Shown here: piece by piece, positions 1 through 11,012 of the stretch
Position numbering within the stretch: position 1 is the first letter of the stretch
Layout: each line of letters opens with the position of its first letter
Assembly: GCA_001275005.1 (NCBI GenBank)
Contig: JWZX01002709.1
Span: 1 to 62,761, forward strand
Source: Chrysochromulina tobinii
Taxonomy: Eukaryota
Length of the DNA stretch: 62,761 bases
Direction of reading: 5' to 3'
Made by a program: the position numbers and the translations under genes
Notes under the pieces: model-generated
Seen by the model: only the letters and a program-made list of their open reading frames with translations
Databases searched by the model: none
What the model was told of the DNA's origin: nothing

Positions 1-291
1 CAAACTGAGTGATTTACCCAAGGGGGTAGGGGAGGGATTAATATCTGGATTTGCACCCCTTCCTCATACCCTGATTTCAAACTGAGTGCGTGTGTGTCCC
101 GGTTCCCCCCGGTGTCTTTTTACCGGTATCTGTGGAAGAGTGAGTTGTGAACGTGATCACTCTCCCCACCACCGTCCCCATCGCCCATGGCAGACACCAC
201 ACGCACCGTCCCCGCCGTCCTGCCGCAGCCCGCGGGCGAGGACGACCGCTCGCGCTCTCCTTGCTTCCAGTGCTTCCATACCCATCACACT

Positions 292-594
292 CACGTTGTA
301 TCGTTGTGTCGTTGTATCTCGTTGTATCTCGTTGTATCGTGGTGTCGTTGTATCTCCGTGTATCTCGCCGTCCTGTTGTATCGTTGTGTCGTTGTATCTC
401 GTTTGTCCTGTTGTATCGTTGTATCGTTGTTTATCTCCTTGTATCTCGCCGTCCTGTTGTATCGTTGTGTCGTTGTATCTCGTTTGTCCTGTTGTATCGT
501 TGTATCGTTGTTTATCTCCTTGTATCTCGTTGTCCTGTTGTATCGTTGTGTCGTTGTATCTCGCCGTCTCGTTGTATCGTTGTGTCGTTGTATA
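292..594. repeat. Degenerate GTTGTATC/GTTGTGTC microsatellite with an ~81-bp higher-order period
   Basis: GTATCTCG-led blocks recur at 360, 441 and 522; all overlapping ORFs are low-complexity translations of the repeat. Confidence 0.9.
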
Positions 595-618
595 ACGTCC
601 GACCGACATGACTGTGGC

Positions 619-1509
619 TCACCACGCGATCTGCGACGAGCCAGCGGCGATCTGCGACGAGCCAGATGCGATCTGCGACGAGCCCGCGGCGCGGGCCGCC
701 TCCTCTGCTGCCGCCTCGAAGGCATTTTCGGGCTTGGAGACGGGATTCGTGTCCGTGTGCACGACGGGAAGCTTATCTTGCGGCGCGCCACACGCCACCT
801 CGTCGCGCTGGTATGGGTTGCTCATCTGGAAACGCTGGTATAGGTCGCTCATCTGCGCGGCGCAAGACGTCTCGCCTGCACGCCGGTAGCCTGCTGCTGC
901 GGGAGAGGGCGCCTGAGCGTTGCGCAGCCCCTTGATCTCCCATGGCAGCGGCGCAGGAGGACCCGCGAGCGGCTCGAGTGCAGACTCGATGGCGAAGACG
1001 GCATCGATGGTCTCTTCGTAGACCAAGCTGAAGGCATCGCGGGCCCGCGAGGTCGTGCCTGCATCCAAGGCCACTTCCGAGCCCGCCGTCGAGCTGCCGC
1101 CACCACCGTGACCAGCATCGCTTCCAGCACCACCGCCATTGCCATTCTGCCCGACTCTTGACTCTTGCCTTGGATGCAGGCACGGCCTCGCGTGGCTGCC
1201 TCCAAGGTCGTGCCCGAGTCTGAGACGATTTTCGGGCTGCGATGAAGTATGTTCCTTTCGTAGCAGATCAGTGAAAATCATCGCTGCGTGTGCCGTGCCT
1301 CGATCGATGATCCTAGGAGCACGGCTCACGGTGGAGACGACGAACGAATCCACATGAGGCGGCCCTCCCGCTTGCATTGCAAAGCGGCGAGCGGCGAGGG
1401 GTCGCAGACGCGGTGCGGGAACGGGGCCAGCAGCAGCTGTACGGCACCATGACCTGCCGCGACTCTGCGATCCGGAAAAATAATCTCCGAGATTCTGTGG
1501 ACTTTGCAC
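619..1509 (-). CDS. Hypothetical protein (true start uncertain)
   Basis: 296-aa ORF with a plausible globular segment (RDAFSLVYEETIDAVFAIESALEPL) and a C-terminal SSQIA repeat; no recognisable domain. Confidence 0.3.
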   Translation of the reverse strand: MQSPQNLGDYFSGSQSRGRSWCRTAAAGPVPAPRLRPLAARRFAMQAGGPPHVDSFVVSTVSRAPRIIDRGTAHAAMIFTDLLRKEHTSSQPENRLRLGHDLGGSHARPCLHPRQESRVGQNGNGGGAGSDAGHGGGGSSTAGSEVALDAGTTSRARDAFSLVYEETIDAVFAIESALEPLAGPPAPLPWEIKGLRNAQAPSPAAAGYRRAGETSCAAQMSDLYQRFQMSNPYQRDEVACGAPQDKLPVVHTDTNPVSKPENAFEAAAEEAARAAGSSQIASGSSQIAAGSSQIAW

Positions 1510-1686
1510 CGCGGTGCGTCCCCGTGGTTGGCTGGGGGACCGTGGGGGGCACGCTTTAGCCTCTCATGTTCTCTTACATGTACCGTATACAATCATGGCA
1601 CCGCGCGCATCTTATCCGGGCGTGGTTTTGGTCTTTCGTCTTTGTACAAGTATTCAACGTCTTCCGCTGCGTCTTCTCCTTGCGTT

Positions 1687-2364
1687 TCAAAAGGGCATCT
1701 CTTGACGGGCGTAGTAGCACATTGCCGTGATGAAAAAGAGGATGAGGAAGACGGTGAAGTTACTCAGCGGCTGTCGCTCATCATCCTCAAAATCCGCGAG
1801 ATAAATCTCGAGCTCCACATGCGAGTCGCCCGGCACGTCATTCATCCCTCTCTCCCGGAAAGCGTAGCAAGGGAGGGACGTGACGGTGCAGAGCTCTCCT
1901 GCCTGCATCGTGGCGACTGTACTGTCGAACATGATGGGGCATCGCAACGGGACATCACCCAGGTTGAAGGCCTGACGCAGAGCGAGCCGACCTGCAGGCT
2001 CACGCTTCACAAGCTGGCGCTGGCCGATGATGTTGAAGATCATGCCAGCGCCGGCCTGAGCTCCGTTTGTCACTCGGACCTCGTATTCGATTCGGACGAG
2101 CTGCCCTGCCGTAGGCGTCGGCCCGCGGCCTTGCCGCATGATGGTCTTCGTGAGGCCAGGTAGAATCTGAACGGTCTGGCCTTCCTTCGATGGCGCTTCC
2201 TCGGAGGACGAGTCCTTTAGGACTTGCTTGCGCTGCGTGAGGACGGAACGCTCGACATTCAGAGCGGCGCGCTCGGCAGCGACGGCGGCGCGCTCGGCAG
2301 CGAGCACGGCGCGCTCGTCCTCGATACTGGTTGACATAATTGGCAAATTGGCCTCGTGGCTCAT
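1687..2364 (-). CDS. FKBP-type peptidyl-prolyl isomerase-like protein with N-terminal coiled coil and C-terminal membrane anchor
   Basis: GLTKTIMRQGRGPTPTAGQLVRIEY...FDSTVATMQAGELCTVTSLPCYAF...VPGDSHVELEIYL matches the FKBP pattern; hydrophobic tail FTVFLILFFITAMCYY. Start taken at ATG 2364. Confidence 0.75.
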   Translation of the reverse strand: MSHEANLPIMSTSIEDERAVLAAERAAVAAERAALNVERSVLTQRKQVLKDSSSEEAPSKEGQTVQILPGLTKTIMRQGRGPTPTAGQLVRIEYEVRVTNGAQAGAGMIFNIIGQRQLVKREPAGRLALRQAFNLGDVPLRCPIMFDSTVATMQAGELCTVTSLPCYAFRERGMNDVPGDSHVELEIYLADFEDDERQPLSNFTVFLILFFITAMCYYARQEMPF

Positions 2365-2575
2365 GATCGCTTTTTGGAGAGCAGCCGTGATCGCTTTTTG
2401 TAGTGAGCAAGTGAGACGTCGCGACAATTGTTGAGCATGTTGCGGTGGGCTCGTCGAGATGCAAAATCCGTCACGCGGGCGTTTTCTGCGATTCTGACTT
2501 TCTGATACGCCCTGACTTCGTCGAAGGAATCCAGGCGTCGACCGTGGTTGGGGACCTCTCCACCGACCACACCTG

Positions 2576-3196
2576 ATGGCGAAGGGCAAATGCTTGAAAG
2601 GCTGCATCAACCCGGAGGAAGGTCTGCACCACTGGCGATGCCCGAACTATGCCGAGGCGGACAAGGTGCGAGAGAGCCTCGCATCCGTAGACGATGACGA
2701 GGTCAGAGCCGCGCACAGCGCAAAACGCGCAGCGGCGCGCGAGGCGAACTTTCGAGCTTGTAACGAGCTCAAGGCGCGAGCTTATGACGAGCAGAGTGGC
2801 CAAGTGTACCGGCCTTATGACGACGCGGGTGGCCGCAACTCCGAACCGATACCGATGGACTCTTCGAAGCCCCTTGAGTACCGAGGAGCGTTGCCCGGAA
2901 CCGGAGGCGACAAGGAGATGTACGAGCGGTTCCTGGCCGACCGGCGCTACGAGACCCGGCAGGGGTTCTGCGGATGGATGCCCATCTTGACCGTACTCGT
3001 CGCCGTGGCGTGGTGTGCTGCGACGGTGTATCTGAATGCGACGTATGGGAATCCGAGCGAGGTGCTCCTAGGGAAGCTGGTGACGATGCTGACAGGCGAG
3101 GCGTCCGATGGCGAGGTTGCGCCTGCTGACGGCGGGCCCTTGGGTTCAGACGACGTTCAGTCGGACCCAGAGGGCGTTCGGTTGGACTCAACGTAG
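2576..3196 (+). CDS. Hypothetical single-pass membrane protein
   Basis: ATG-initiated 206-aa ORF of normal composition, Cys/His N-terminal motif, one TM segment (ILTVLVAVAWCAATVYL); divergent from the FKBP gene. Confidence 0.6.
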   Translation: MAKGKCLKGCINPEEGLHHWRCPNYAEADKVRESLASVDDDEVRAAHSAKRAAAREANFRACNELKARAYDEQSGQVYRPYDDAGGRNSEPIPMDSSKPLEYRGALPGTGGDKEMYERFLADRRYETRQGFCGWMPILTVLVAVAWCAATVYLNATYGNPSEVLLGKLVTMLTGEASDGEVAPADGGPLGSDDVQSDPEGVRLDST

Positions 3197-4272
3197 GAGG
3201 TGCACTTGCCGAATGGCAACTGCCCGGTGACCAAACTCTTCGACATGCACATGATGGAGCCGCCGGCAGCGGGTACTGCCGCTTTACGCATTTACGGCGT
3301 TTCTTCGCTTTCACTTTGGAGATACGCGCTCACGGCCTGTGTGTGTGGCTCACGGCACACCGCGTTGATCTCTTGACATGGGATGTCAGAGGCGCACGTG
3401 AGTGACGAACACGACCGGCGGCGCGGCGGGACCACGCCCCCCTCGCCGTCACGCCGTGTGAGATAGGACATAGGTGTGCATGTTCGGGGATACAGTCTGA
3501 GCCGCTGGTCGTTTCATTTTAACGCCACACCGTTACGCTTAATACCGGCGGGGTTAGAGCGATCCGGAGAGCGCGGTGAGCGCGCGGGGCGCGGCACGCC
3601 GCGCCGCGTTCGACCGCGCGGGCCGCGGCGCGCCGCGCGGCGCGCGGGCGGGGAGCGGGACGGGCGGCCGACCCCCATATGCCGACCCCGCCGACGTACC
3701 GCTACCGTTGCGACGTACCACGCCATGTCGCGACGTACCCCGGACGCACTCCACCCGGTCCCGGGTCCGCGCTCTCCACGCTCAAAGCGCCCGGGCCCGG
3801 GCCCCGGCCGCGCCGTGCCGACCCCGTGACCGGTGCACGGCCGTAGTTAGGCGATGAGGCGTTCGCGTTCGGCCGGCTGCCGCACACGATACAGACGAGA
3901 GGCGAGGCGTGCTCTATTAACGTTACCTGTTTACTCACACGTGTACACGCACTTGTCCACAACGCTCGGCTCGGCTCAGGGTCGCCGTCTTTCGCGTGGT
4001 CCGCGCGCCGAGATTGTGATTTGCATTGTGTCGCGTCGCATCCATGTCACGACGTTTCAGACACGTCGTTTCTGCACGATTTCGTGTTCCACACGCATCG
4101 CCTGCCCATCGCGCGCCACGCCATCGTCAACGTCTCCGCACGCGCGCGCAGCGTCACCCGTTGCCCTTGGCTCCCAGTTTCCACCCTGGTAACCTACCGG
4201 TGCCCGGATTCGCTCCATCGATGAGGATGCGCCTGCTTCCAAACAGGAGCTCGCTTGCTCCAAATTAGGAGC

Positions 4273-7200
4273 TCACTTGAAGGGAGCGCCCTGCTGGATC
4301 CACTGCTTCCATTTGGCGCCGATCCAACGGTCCGCCTCCGTGAACGTCATGCTCTCCACATCCGGTTCGGGGGAGTTTGTCAGCTGGGACAGCAGCCGCA
4401 AGTTACGCCTCTGCTTGAGGTTGGGCACCTTGACGCCCGCGCACGGAACCTGTGGGGAGATGGCGTCGTGGTGAGCAATTGCACGCTGGGCCATGCGGTG
4501 ACAGACGCAATCAGTGCTCATCAAGGGAGATCGCACCTCGGGCTCGCCGTGGATCGACGAGCAGTGCTGCGCGGGCGGCGAAGCGCTCGCCTTCTGCACC
4601 GCGCCAGCGACGCCCACCGACAGGGCGCGCCGGTGCCGGCGCCTCTCGCCGTGCTCATTGCCGTCGTCATCGCCCTCTTCAATGTCGTCGCCGTCGTCAT
4701 CGCCGTCGTCCTCGACACGATACCCTCCCTCCTGGTAGCCGTGCACGGGCGCCGTCCCGGGCGGCGGGGGGTTCCACGGCGCGGCGGGCTTCGGTGCCTC
4801 GGGCAGATGAAGAGGGCAATCAGCCTCGGGCCGAGGCTTGTCGAGCAGAAGCTCGTCGAAGGAGCCCGCCCACCTGCGCCGATGACAGACGCAATCAGAC
4901 GCAATCAGACGCAATTCGAGGTCCTCAAAGGCCATCGGAGGCCATCAGAGGCAATTTGGACGCAATCAGACGCCATCAGAGGCCATCAGTCCGCTTACGC
5001 GTCGCGCTTGGTGAGGAAGCCAGACAGGTTGAAGAGGTTCTTAACGGTCGCGGGCACCGATGTGAGCTCAAACTGCGAGATCGAAGTGACAGGCAAAAGA
5101 GACACTCATACGTAATCAGACGTAATCAGACGTAATCAGACGTAATCAGACGCAATGCGACGCCATCCGACGCGATGTGACGCCATCAGACGCGATGCGA
5201 CGCCATCCGACGCCATCCGACGCCATCAGAGGGCGTGCACCTGCGAGGTATTGTACGGGCCCTTGGGCGTTTGGAACACGCCGCCCTTGGGCACCATCGG
5301 ACCAATCAGCATAGCCGATGTGCGCAGACCGAGCCTGTGGCAAGAGAGCGGTGGTTGGGCGATCAGAGGGGGCAATCAGAGGGCCATCAGAGGGGGCATC
5401 GAAGGGGGCATCGAAGGGGGCATCAGAGGGCGATCAGAAGGGCCATTCGAGGGCCATCAGAGGGGGCAACGGAAGGCCATAGAGGGCACGCACGCACCGT
5501 CGGAAGTCGAAAGCATTGCCACCCCCCGGGCATTTGTATGGAGGATTCGTGTCCGGTCCAGTCAAGTGGCAGGGCGCCTCATCCGCAGGCACACCCTCCA
5601 TAGGGGGTACCACGTGGTCATAGTAGCCACCAGCGTCGTCGTACGCGACGAAGAGGAGAGTCTTGTTCCAGCCGGGGCCCGCACCTGCCATATTAGGAAA
5701 GCATACGAAATGAGCGTTCGATCGTCTGGCAATTAGAGGGCGATGAGAAGGCAATCAGAGGGCGATGAGAAGGCAATCAGAGGGCGATGAGCTGGTAATT
5801 TGAGGGCGATCAGCGAGTCCACGCACGCAGTGCTTCATAGACGTCCTTGAGAAGGCGCTCGCCTTTGGCAATCAGCATGCAATGAGGGAGGGCAATCAGG
5901 CTAGTCCACGCACGCAGTGCTTCATAGACGTCCTTGAGGAGGCGCTCGCCTTTGGCCACGTCATAGCACGGGTGGTCGCACGCCTGCCATCGAGGGTAAT
6001 CAGCATGCAATGACGTGCCATCGAGGGCAATCATAGTGCCATCGAGGGTGATCAGCATGCAATGACGTGCCATCGAGGGCAATCAGAGGGCAATCAGAGG
6101 GCAATCAGAGGGCAATCGCGAGAGCTGTGGAAGCGATCCGGAGGGCAATCAGAGGGCAATCAGAGGGCAATCAGAGGGCAATCAGAGGGCAATCAGAGGG
6201 CAATCGCGAGAGCTGTGGAAGCGATCCGGAGGGCAATCAGAGGGCAATCAGAGGGCAATCAGAGGGCAATCAGAGGGCAATCGCGAGAGCTGTGGAAGCG
6301 ATCCGGAGGGCAATCATAGGGCAATCAGAGGGCAATCAGTGGTCATCACCTGCAGTGGCGGGAGGAGCCACGAGAGCTGTGGAAGCGATCCGTTGGCCGC
6401 ACGCTGATAAAAGGTCGTCTGAGTGATGCAACGATTGAGCGCGGACGTGAGATCGGGGGAGATCAGGGCGCAATGAGAGGGTACTCAGAGGGTACTCAGA
6501 GGGTACTCAGAGGGTACTTAAAGGGCAATCAGAGGGTACTCCGAGGGTACTCCGAGTTACTCAAGGGAGAGCTGTCGAGCTGCGCCATCATGGACACACG
6601 AAGGCGTCATTGAGATTCTCTGTTACCTTTCTGCATTCAAAATTGGGCATGGTGGCAAGCTCCGAGGCAATCAGCATGCAATGAGGGAGGGCAATCAGGC
6701 GCACTCAGCGCGGCTCGTTCCCCACACCTGCGAGATGAAGCGGTCGATGTGGCGAGCGACACCAGCCATGGCAACGTCCGGGGTGTTGATGGCGGAGGCG
6801 GAGTCAGGGTCGTGCGGATCCTCGCCTGCATGCGATGAGGGAGGGCAATTAGCATGCAATTAGGCGGAGTCAGGGTCGTGCGGATCCTCGCCTGCATGCA
6901 ATGAGGGCAATTAGCATGCAATTAGGGAGGTTGGATCTGGCGCGAGGAGATCGAGGCTGTTGGGAGCTTCCTACCGTGGCAAGGTGTGCCGTCGAGTCCG
7001 CACGTGGAGTTGAGGTAGATCTCGAAGCTCACCTGCGGCCATCGGACGCCATCGGAAGGCAATTAGATGGCAATTAGAAGGCAATTAGATGAGGTAGATC
7101 TCGATTGCCATCGGACGCCATCGGAAGGCAATTAGACGCCATCAGACGCCAGACGTCATCAGACGAGGGAGGGTCGAGACTCACGTTGTGCAATGAGGGA

Positions 7201-8131
7201 GGGCAATCAGCATGCAATGAGGGAGGGCAATTAGCATGCACTGAGGGAGGGTCAAGACTCACGTTGTGCAGCCGCATATTGTCATAGATCGTGAATTGCG
7301 GGAACATGACCGTCGGCCCGAGGCAGTCGTTGTACAGCCCGTTGTGCTGCATGCCGCACGACGTCGCCGATTGGGTGAAGAGATGATTCGGGGACGAGGC
7401 CGACGGGACGGCGGTGTACAACTTGTTGAAGACGCCGAAGTTTTGCGCGATCGCCGATTTGATGGGAATCTGCACGGGAAATCACATCACATCGAGCTCG
7501 ATCAGAGGCGAGCGCATGCAAGCAGACCTCGTGCTCTGCCCGGAGGAGATCCCCTCCTTGAGCAGAAGCCATTCACAGTGGTCATTCACAGTGGTCATTC
7601 ACAGTGGTCATTCCGCACCTGCTCGGGCCCGTACATGGTCGTGGCGACGCCGCCCTCGGTCGCACCGTGCAGCGCGGAGTTGACGTCGCTCTGTTCGGAG
7701 TACGGGTAGATGTGGGGCATCGCGCCCGTCTTGGGGAACTTGCCAGCGAACGTGTCGTACCCCGGCCCGCCCTTGCACACGTAGTCCGCTTTGCCGCACG
7801 TCACCTCAAACGTGCCCTTGCTCGGGTCGGAAGGGTCCTTTGGGAGCTTGTGCCCCTTGATGCCGTCGAAGCCGGGCAGGTCCATGCAGCCGAAGAAGTT
7901 GTCGGCCGCGTGGTTCTCCATGTACAGCACCACGAAGTGGTCGACCTTGTTCTGGCGAGGCGGCGGCGGCCCTCGAACATTGATTTCGCCGAAGCGCATC
8001 TTGGCCTCCTCGAACGAGAGCTTGTGCAGGTCGGCCTTCAGGCGGTTGATTGGGCTGCTGGGGTCATCCTCGCCTCGCGGCTTTGCGCTTGACCAGCCGA
8101 CGAGGAGCAGGATGCTGGCTGCCTTGCGCAT
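4273..8131 (-). CDS. Non-specific phospholipase C / phosphoesterase family protein, multi-exon, signal peptide
   Basis: Exon motifs in order: VDHFVVLYMENH, VPSASSPNHLF, CDHPCYDVAKGERLLKDVYEALRA, WNKTLLFVAYDDAGGYYDHVVPP, FELTSVPATVKNLF, WAGSFDELL; separated by GT-AG repeat-filled introns. Confidence 0.92.
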
Positions 8132-8342
8132 CCTTGGGGCGCCGTCGGCGAAGCGACGATTTTTCAAGTCTCGAAGCGCCTCGTTCTGGGATGCCGAGAA
8201 AACACCGAAGAAGCGGTTTGGCCTCGCGGGACACCACAGGTCGCGTGTCGTGCGCGCTTGCAACTTGACGGTTCGGAATGTGGCCCATAAGGTGTTGTGA
8301 ACTCCAAAATTTGGCATAAACTATTACGAAACTGTCGTGCGA

Positions 8343-10628
8343 ATGTCGGAGTCCTCGCTCAAGTACTACGAGCGCCACAAGACGCTGATCGAGGATGTGA
8401 TAGGGAAAAGCATTGATGAGGCTCTCTCGACACAGCCGGAGAATCCAATTGTCACCATCGCGGCCGCACTGCTCAAGCGGTGCCAGGTGGAGAGTGCAGC
8501 GGATGCCGCCTTGCTCAGGAGCGCGTTCCCGCAGCACCACGCTCGGGGGCCAGACGAGGTCACCGCCAGCTTGGCCGCCCTCGGATTGGATCGGTACGCT
8601 CCTGAGTTGAGAGAGCTCGGGTACGACGATCTGGACTACCTCAAGAATTCGCCCCAGGAGGAGCTTCTGCAGGTCGCAAAGAGGGTTCAAATGCTCGAGG
8701 GTCACGCTGCCAGGTGGGTCAGATCGCTAAGCGGGACTGCGGCGTCGCTCGAAACGGTAGCGCTGGCGCGTTCGGCCTCTAGTGTCGCGGAGCAGGTCAG
8801 AGTTATGCAATTGCAAGCGCCCCCCAACGATGATGAAGAGGGTGAGCGCATCGTTCTCTGGTTCATCAAGGCCGACAAGCTTCGGGGCTGCGATGATCGG
8901 GTGCTGCCAAGGTTCCAGGACCTGCAGAGCCAGAGGCCCGACTGGTTTGTCGAGAAGGAGATCACTCTCGAGGGCGCGTGCGCGCATGAGTACGCGGACG
9001 AAGTGCTTGCCGTCTCGCACCGCTGGGAGCAGCCAGCGGAGCCGGACACGGAGGGCAAACAGTTCGCGGCCATACGTAAGTACGTGCGGGGAAAGCCGGC
9101 CATCAAACTCGTCTGGGTCGACTTTTCGTGCGCGCCACAGAAGGAGCGTACCCCGGCCGAGGAGCTCGTCTTCAAGCGTACCCTGCGCTTCGTCAACCTG
9201 CTCTTTCTCGGCTCGCGGGTCCTCATTCTTTGCGACCTGACCTACATGACCCGCTTCTGGACGCTATTGGAAGCGTGGATCTCGATGCAGATGACGACCG
9301 ACGACGGCCTCGTGCCCGCTCCGCGCGAGAAGCGGCGTTGTGACATTGTGCCCATCCACCTCGCGAGCACAGGCACGGCATCGGAGCTCGAGACCCTGGT
9401 TGCGGACAAGAGCTTGGAGCAGATCTACGCGATGCTCGAGAGCCCGGACATTCACGTGACCAGACAGAAGGACAAGAATACGCAGCTCCCCAAGCTCTTG
9501 GGACTCGACCATCAGGTCAGACTGGTTGTGCGCAAGATGGCGCCGCCGATGCTGACGCTCGCTGGCGGAGCCCGGGGGCCATCGCGTGGTGGTGCGGGCG
9601 TGGGCACGGGCGCAGATGCGCCGGCGCCCTCGAAGGACGAGCGGCTGCAGCGGCTAGTCGAGCAGGTGCGCAGCGGCAGCGCATATGCGGCCGGTGCACT
9701 GGCTGACATGCGCGAAAACGAGTCGCGGGTGGCGATTGCGAGGGCGGGCGGAATCGAGCCGCTCGTGGCGCTGCTCACGGCCCAAGAACCAGCGGCCGGG
9801 GCGGAGGCGGCGCGTGCGCTGCGGAACCTCGCGAACAACACCGAGAACAAGGTCTTGATCGCGCAGGCTGGCGCCGTCGCGCCGCTTGTGACGCTGGTGC
9901 AGAGCGGCACGGATGGCCAAAAGGAGCAGGCGGCGGGTGCGCTGCGGAACCTCGCGGTCAAAAACGCCGAGAACCAGGAAAAGATCGCGAAGGCTGGGGC
10001 CATCACGCCGCTCGTGACGCTGGTGCAGAGCGGCACGGATGGCCAAAAGGAGTACGCGGCGGGTGCGCTGCGGAACCTCGCGTTCAACGCCGAGAACAAG
10101 GTCTTGATCGCGCAGGCTGGGGCCATCGCGCCGCTCGTGACGCTGGTGAAGAGCGGCACGGATGGCCAAAAGGAGTATGCGGCGCGTGCGCTGCGGAACC
10201 TCGCGGATAACAATGCCGAGAACCAGGTCTTGATCGCGCAGGCTGGGGCCATCGCACCGCTCGTGACGATGGTGCAGAGCGGCACCACGGATGGCCAAAA
10301 GGAGAACGCGGCGGCTGCGCTGTTTTTCCTCGCGGACATCGCCGAGAACAAGGTCTTGATCGCGCAGGCTGGGGCCATCACCGCGCCGCTCGTGACGTTG
10401 GTGAAGAGCGGCACGGATGGCCAAAAGGAGTACGCGGCGGCTGCGCTTTTCAACCTCGCTGTCAATGCCGAGAACAAGGTCTTGATCGCGCAGGCTGGCG
10501 CCATCGCGCCGCTCGTGACGCTGAAGCAGAGCGGCACGGCTGGCCAAAAGGAGAACGCGGCGGGTGCGCTGACGAGCCTCGCGCTCAACGACGAGAACAA
10601 GGTCTTGATCGCGCAGGCGGGTGGCTAA
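8343..10628 (+). CDS. Intronless modular protein: Dpy-30/RIIa-like helix pair + SAM + HET(TIR-like) domain + armadillo repeats
   Basis: SAM: DEVTASLAALGLDRYAPELRELGYDDLDYLK; HET motifs LAVSHRW, VWVDFSCAPQ, VNLLFLGSRV, YMTRFWTLLE; about 8 ARM repeats (AAGALRNLA..NAENKVLIAQAGAIAPLVTLV). Confidence 0.88.
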   Translation: MSESSLKYYERHKTLIEDVIGKSIDEALSTQPENPIVTIAAALLKRCQVESAADAALLRSAFPQHHARGPDEVTASLAALGLDRYAPELRELGYDDLDYLKNSPQEELLQVAKRVQMLEGHAARWVRSLSGTAASLETVALARSASSVAEQVRVMQLQAPPNDDEEGERIVLWFIKADKLRGCDDRVLPRFQDLQSQRPDWFVEKEITLEGACAHEYADEVLAVSHRWEQPAEPDTEGKQFAAIRKYVRGKPAIKLVWVDFSCAPQKERTPAEELVFKRTLRFVNLLFLGSRVLILCDLTYMTRFWTLLEAWISMQMTTDDGLVPAPREKRRCDIVPIHLASTGTASELETLVADKSLEQIYAMLESPDIHVTRQKDKNTQLPKLLGLDHQVRLVVRKMAPPMLTLAGGARGPSRGGAGVGTGADAPAPSKDERLQRLVEQVRSGSAYAAGALADMRENESRVAIARAGGIEPLVALLTAQEPAAGAEAARALRNLANNTENKVLIAQAGAVAPLVTLVQSGTDGQKEQAAGALRNLAVKNAENQEKIAKAGAITPLVTLVQSGTDGQKEYAAGALRNLAFNAENKVLIAQAGAIAPLVTLVKSGTDGQKEYAARALRNLADNNAENQVLIAQAGAIAPLVTMVQSGTTDGQKENAAAALFFLADIAENKVLIAQAGAITAPLVTLVKSGTDGQKEYAAAALFNLAVNAENKVLIAQAGAIAPLVTLKQSGTAGQKENAAGALTSLALNDENKVLIAQAGG
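9820..10625 (+). repeat. Near-identical 123-126 bp ARM-coding tandem repeats (~7 units)
   Basis: GAGAACAAGGTCTTGATCGCGCAGGC and GGATGGCCAAAAGGAG recur once per unit with few changes. Confidence 0.95.
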
Positions 10629-10729
10629 CCCCAACGCCAATTGCAAGGTGGCATGGGGGTTAGCCATCCATGCCACCTTGCCAAGGGGCGACCGCTGGTC
10701 GGTCGTGCCTCCGCCGCCGCGCACGTCCA

Positions 10730-10815
10730 TCGGCATATGGGGGCGTCGGCATATGGGAGCGTCGGCATTTGGGGGCGTCGGCATGTGGGGGCATCGGCAT
10801 GTGGGGGCGTCGGCT
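10730..10815. repeat. Short tandem repeat, unit about GGGGGCGTCGGCATNT (~5-6 copies)
   Basis: Directly visible ~16-bp unit downstream of the ARM gene. Confidence 0.8.
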
Positions 10816-11012
10816 CTTCGCGCCGCTCGAGCAGCACGTGCCTGGCTGGCCGTCGTACGTGCGGTGGAGGTCGCTGCTGTGACAGCTTCCGCGTCTCAAA
10901 TGGGGTCATGTAAGTTCTGAGCGGGCAGTAAGAGTGTCGTAGCACCCGGTTCCGCGGGGGGAAAAGTGGCGCTGTGAACGTTCACAGCGCGCTCCATCCA
11001 CCAAAAACGATC

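Noticed and set aside
86..843. Several overlapping ORFs rich in C/V/S/Y or T/R/Q
   Set aside because: Translations of the GTTGTATC microsatellite.
6062..6426. ORFs with AIRGNQ/QSEGNQ peptides here and at 21010, 26928, 27139 and similar sites
   Set aside because: Antisense read-through of intronic CTGATTGCC repeats.
9820..10625. ARM, TPR and 73-bp arrays as possible CRISPR arrays
   Set aside because: No unique spacers; units are coding or intronic tandem repeats; no cas genes; eukaryotic context.
9512..10784. Long minus-strand ORFs over the ARM gene (also 45087-47540 +, 29449-30804 +)
   Set aside because: Antisense shadows of GC-rich coding sequence with no domain signal.
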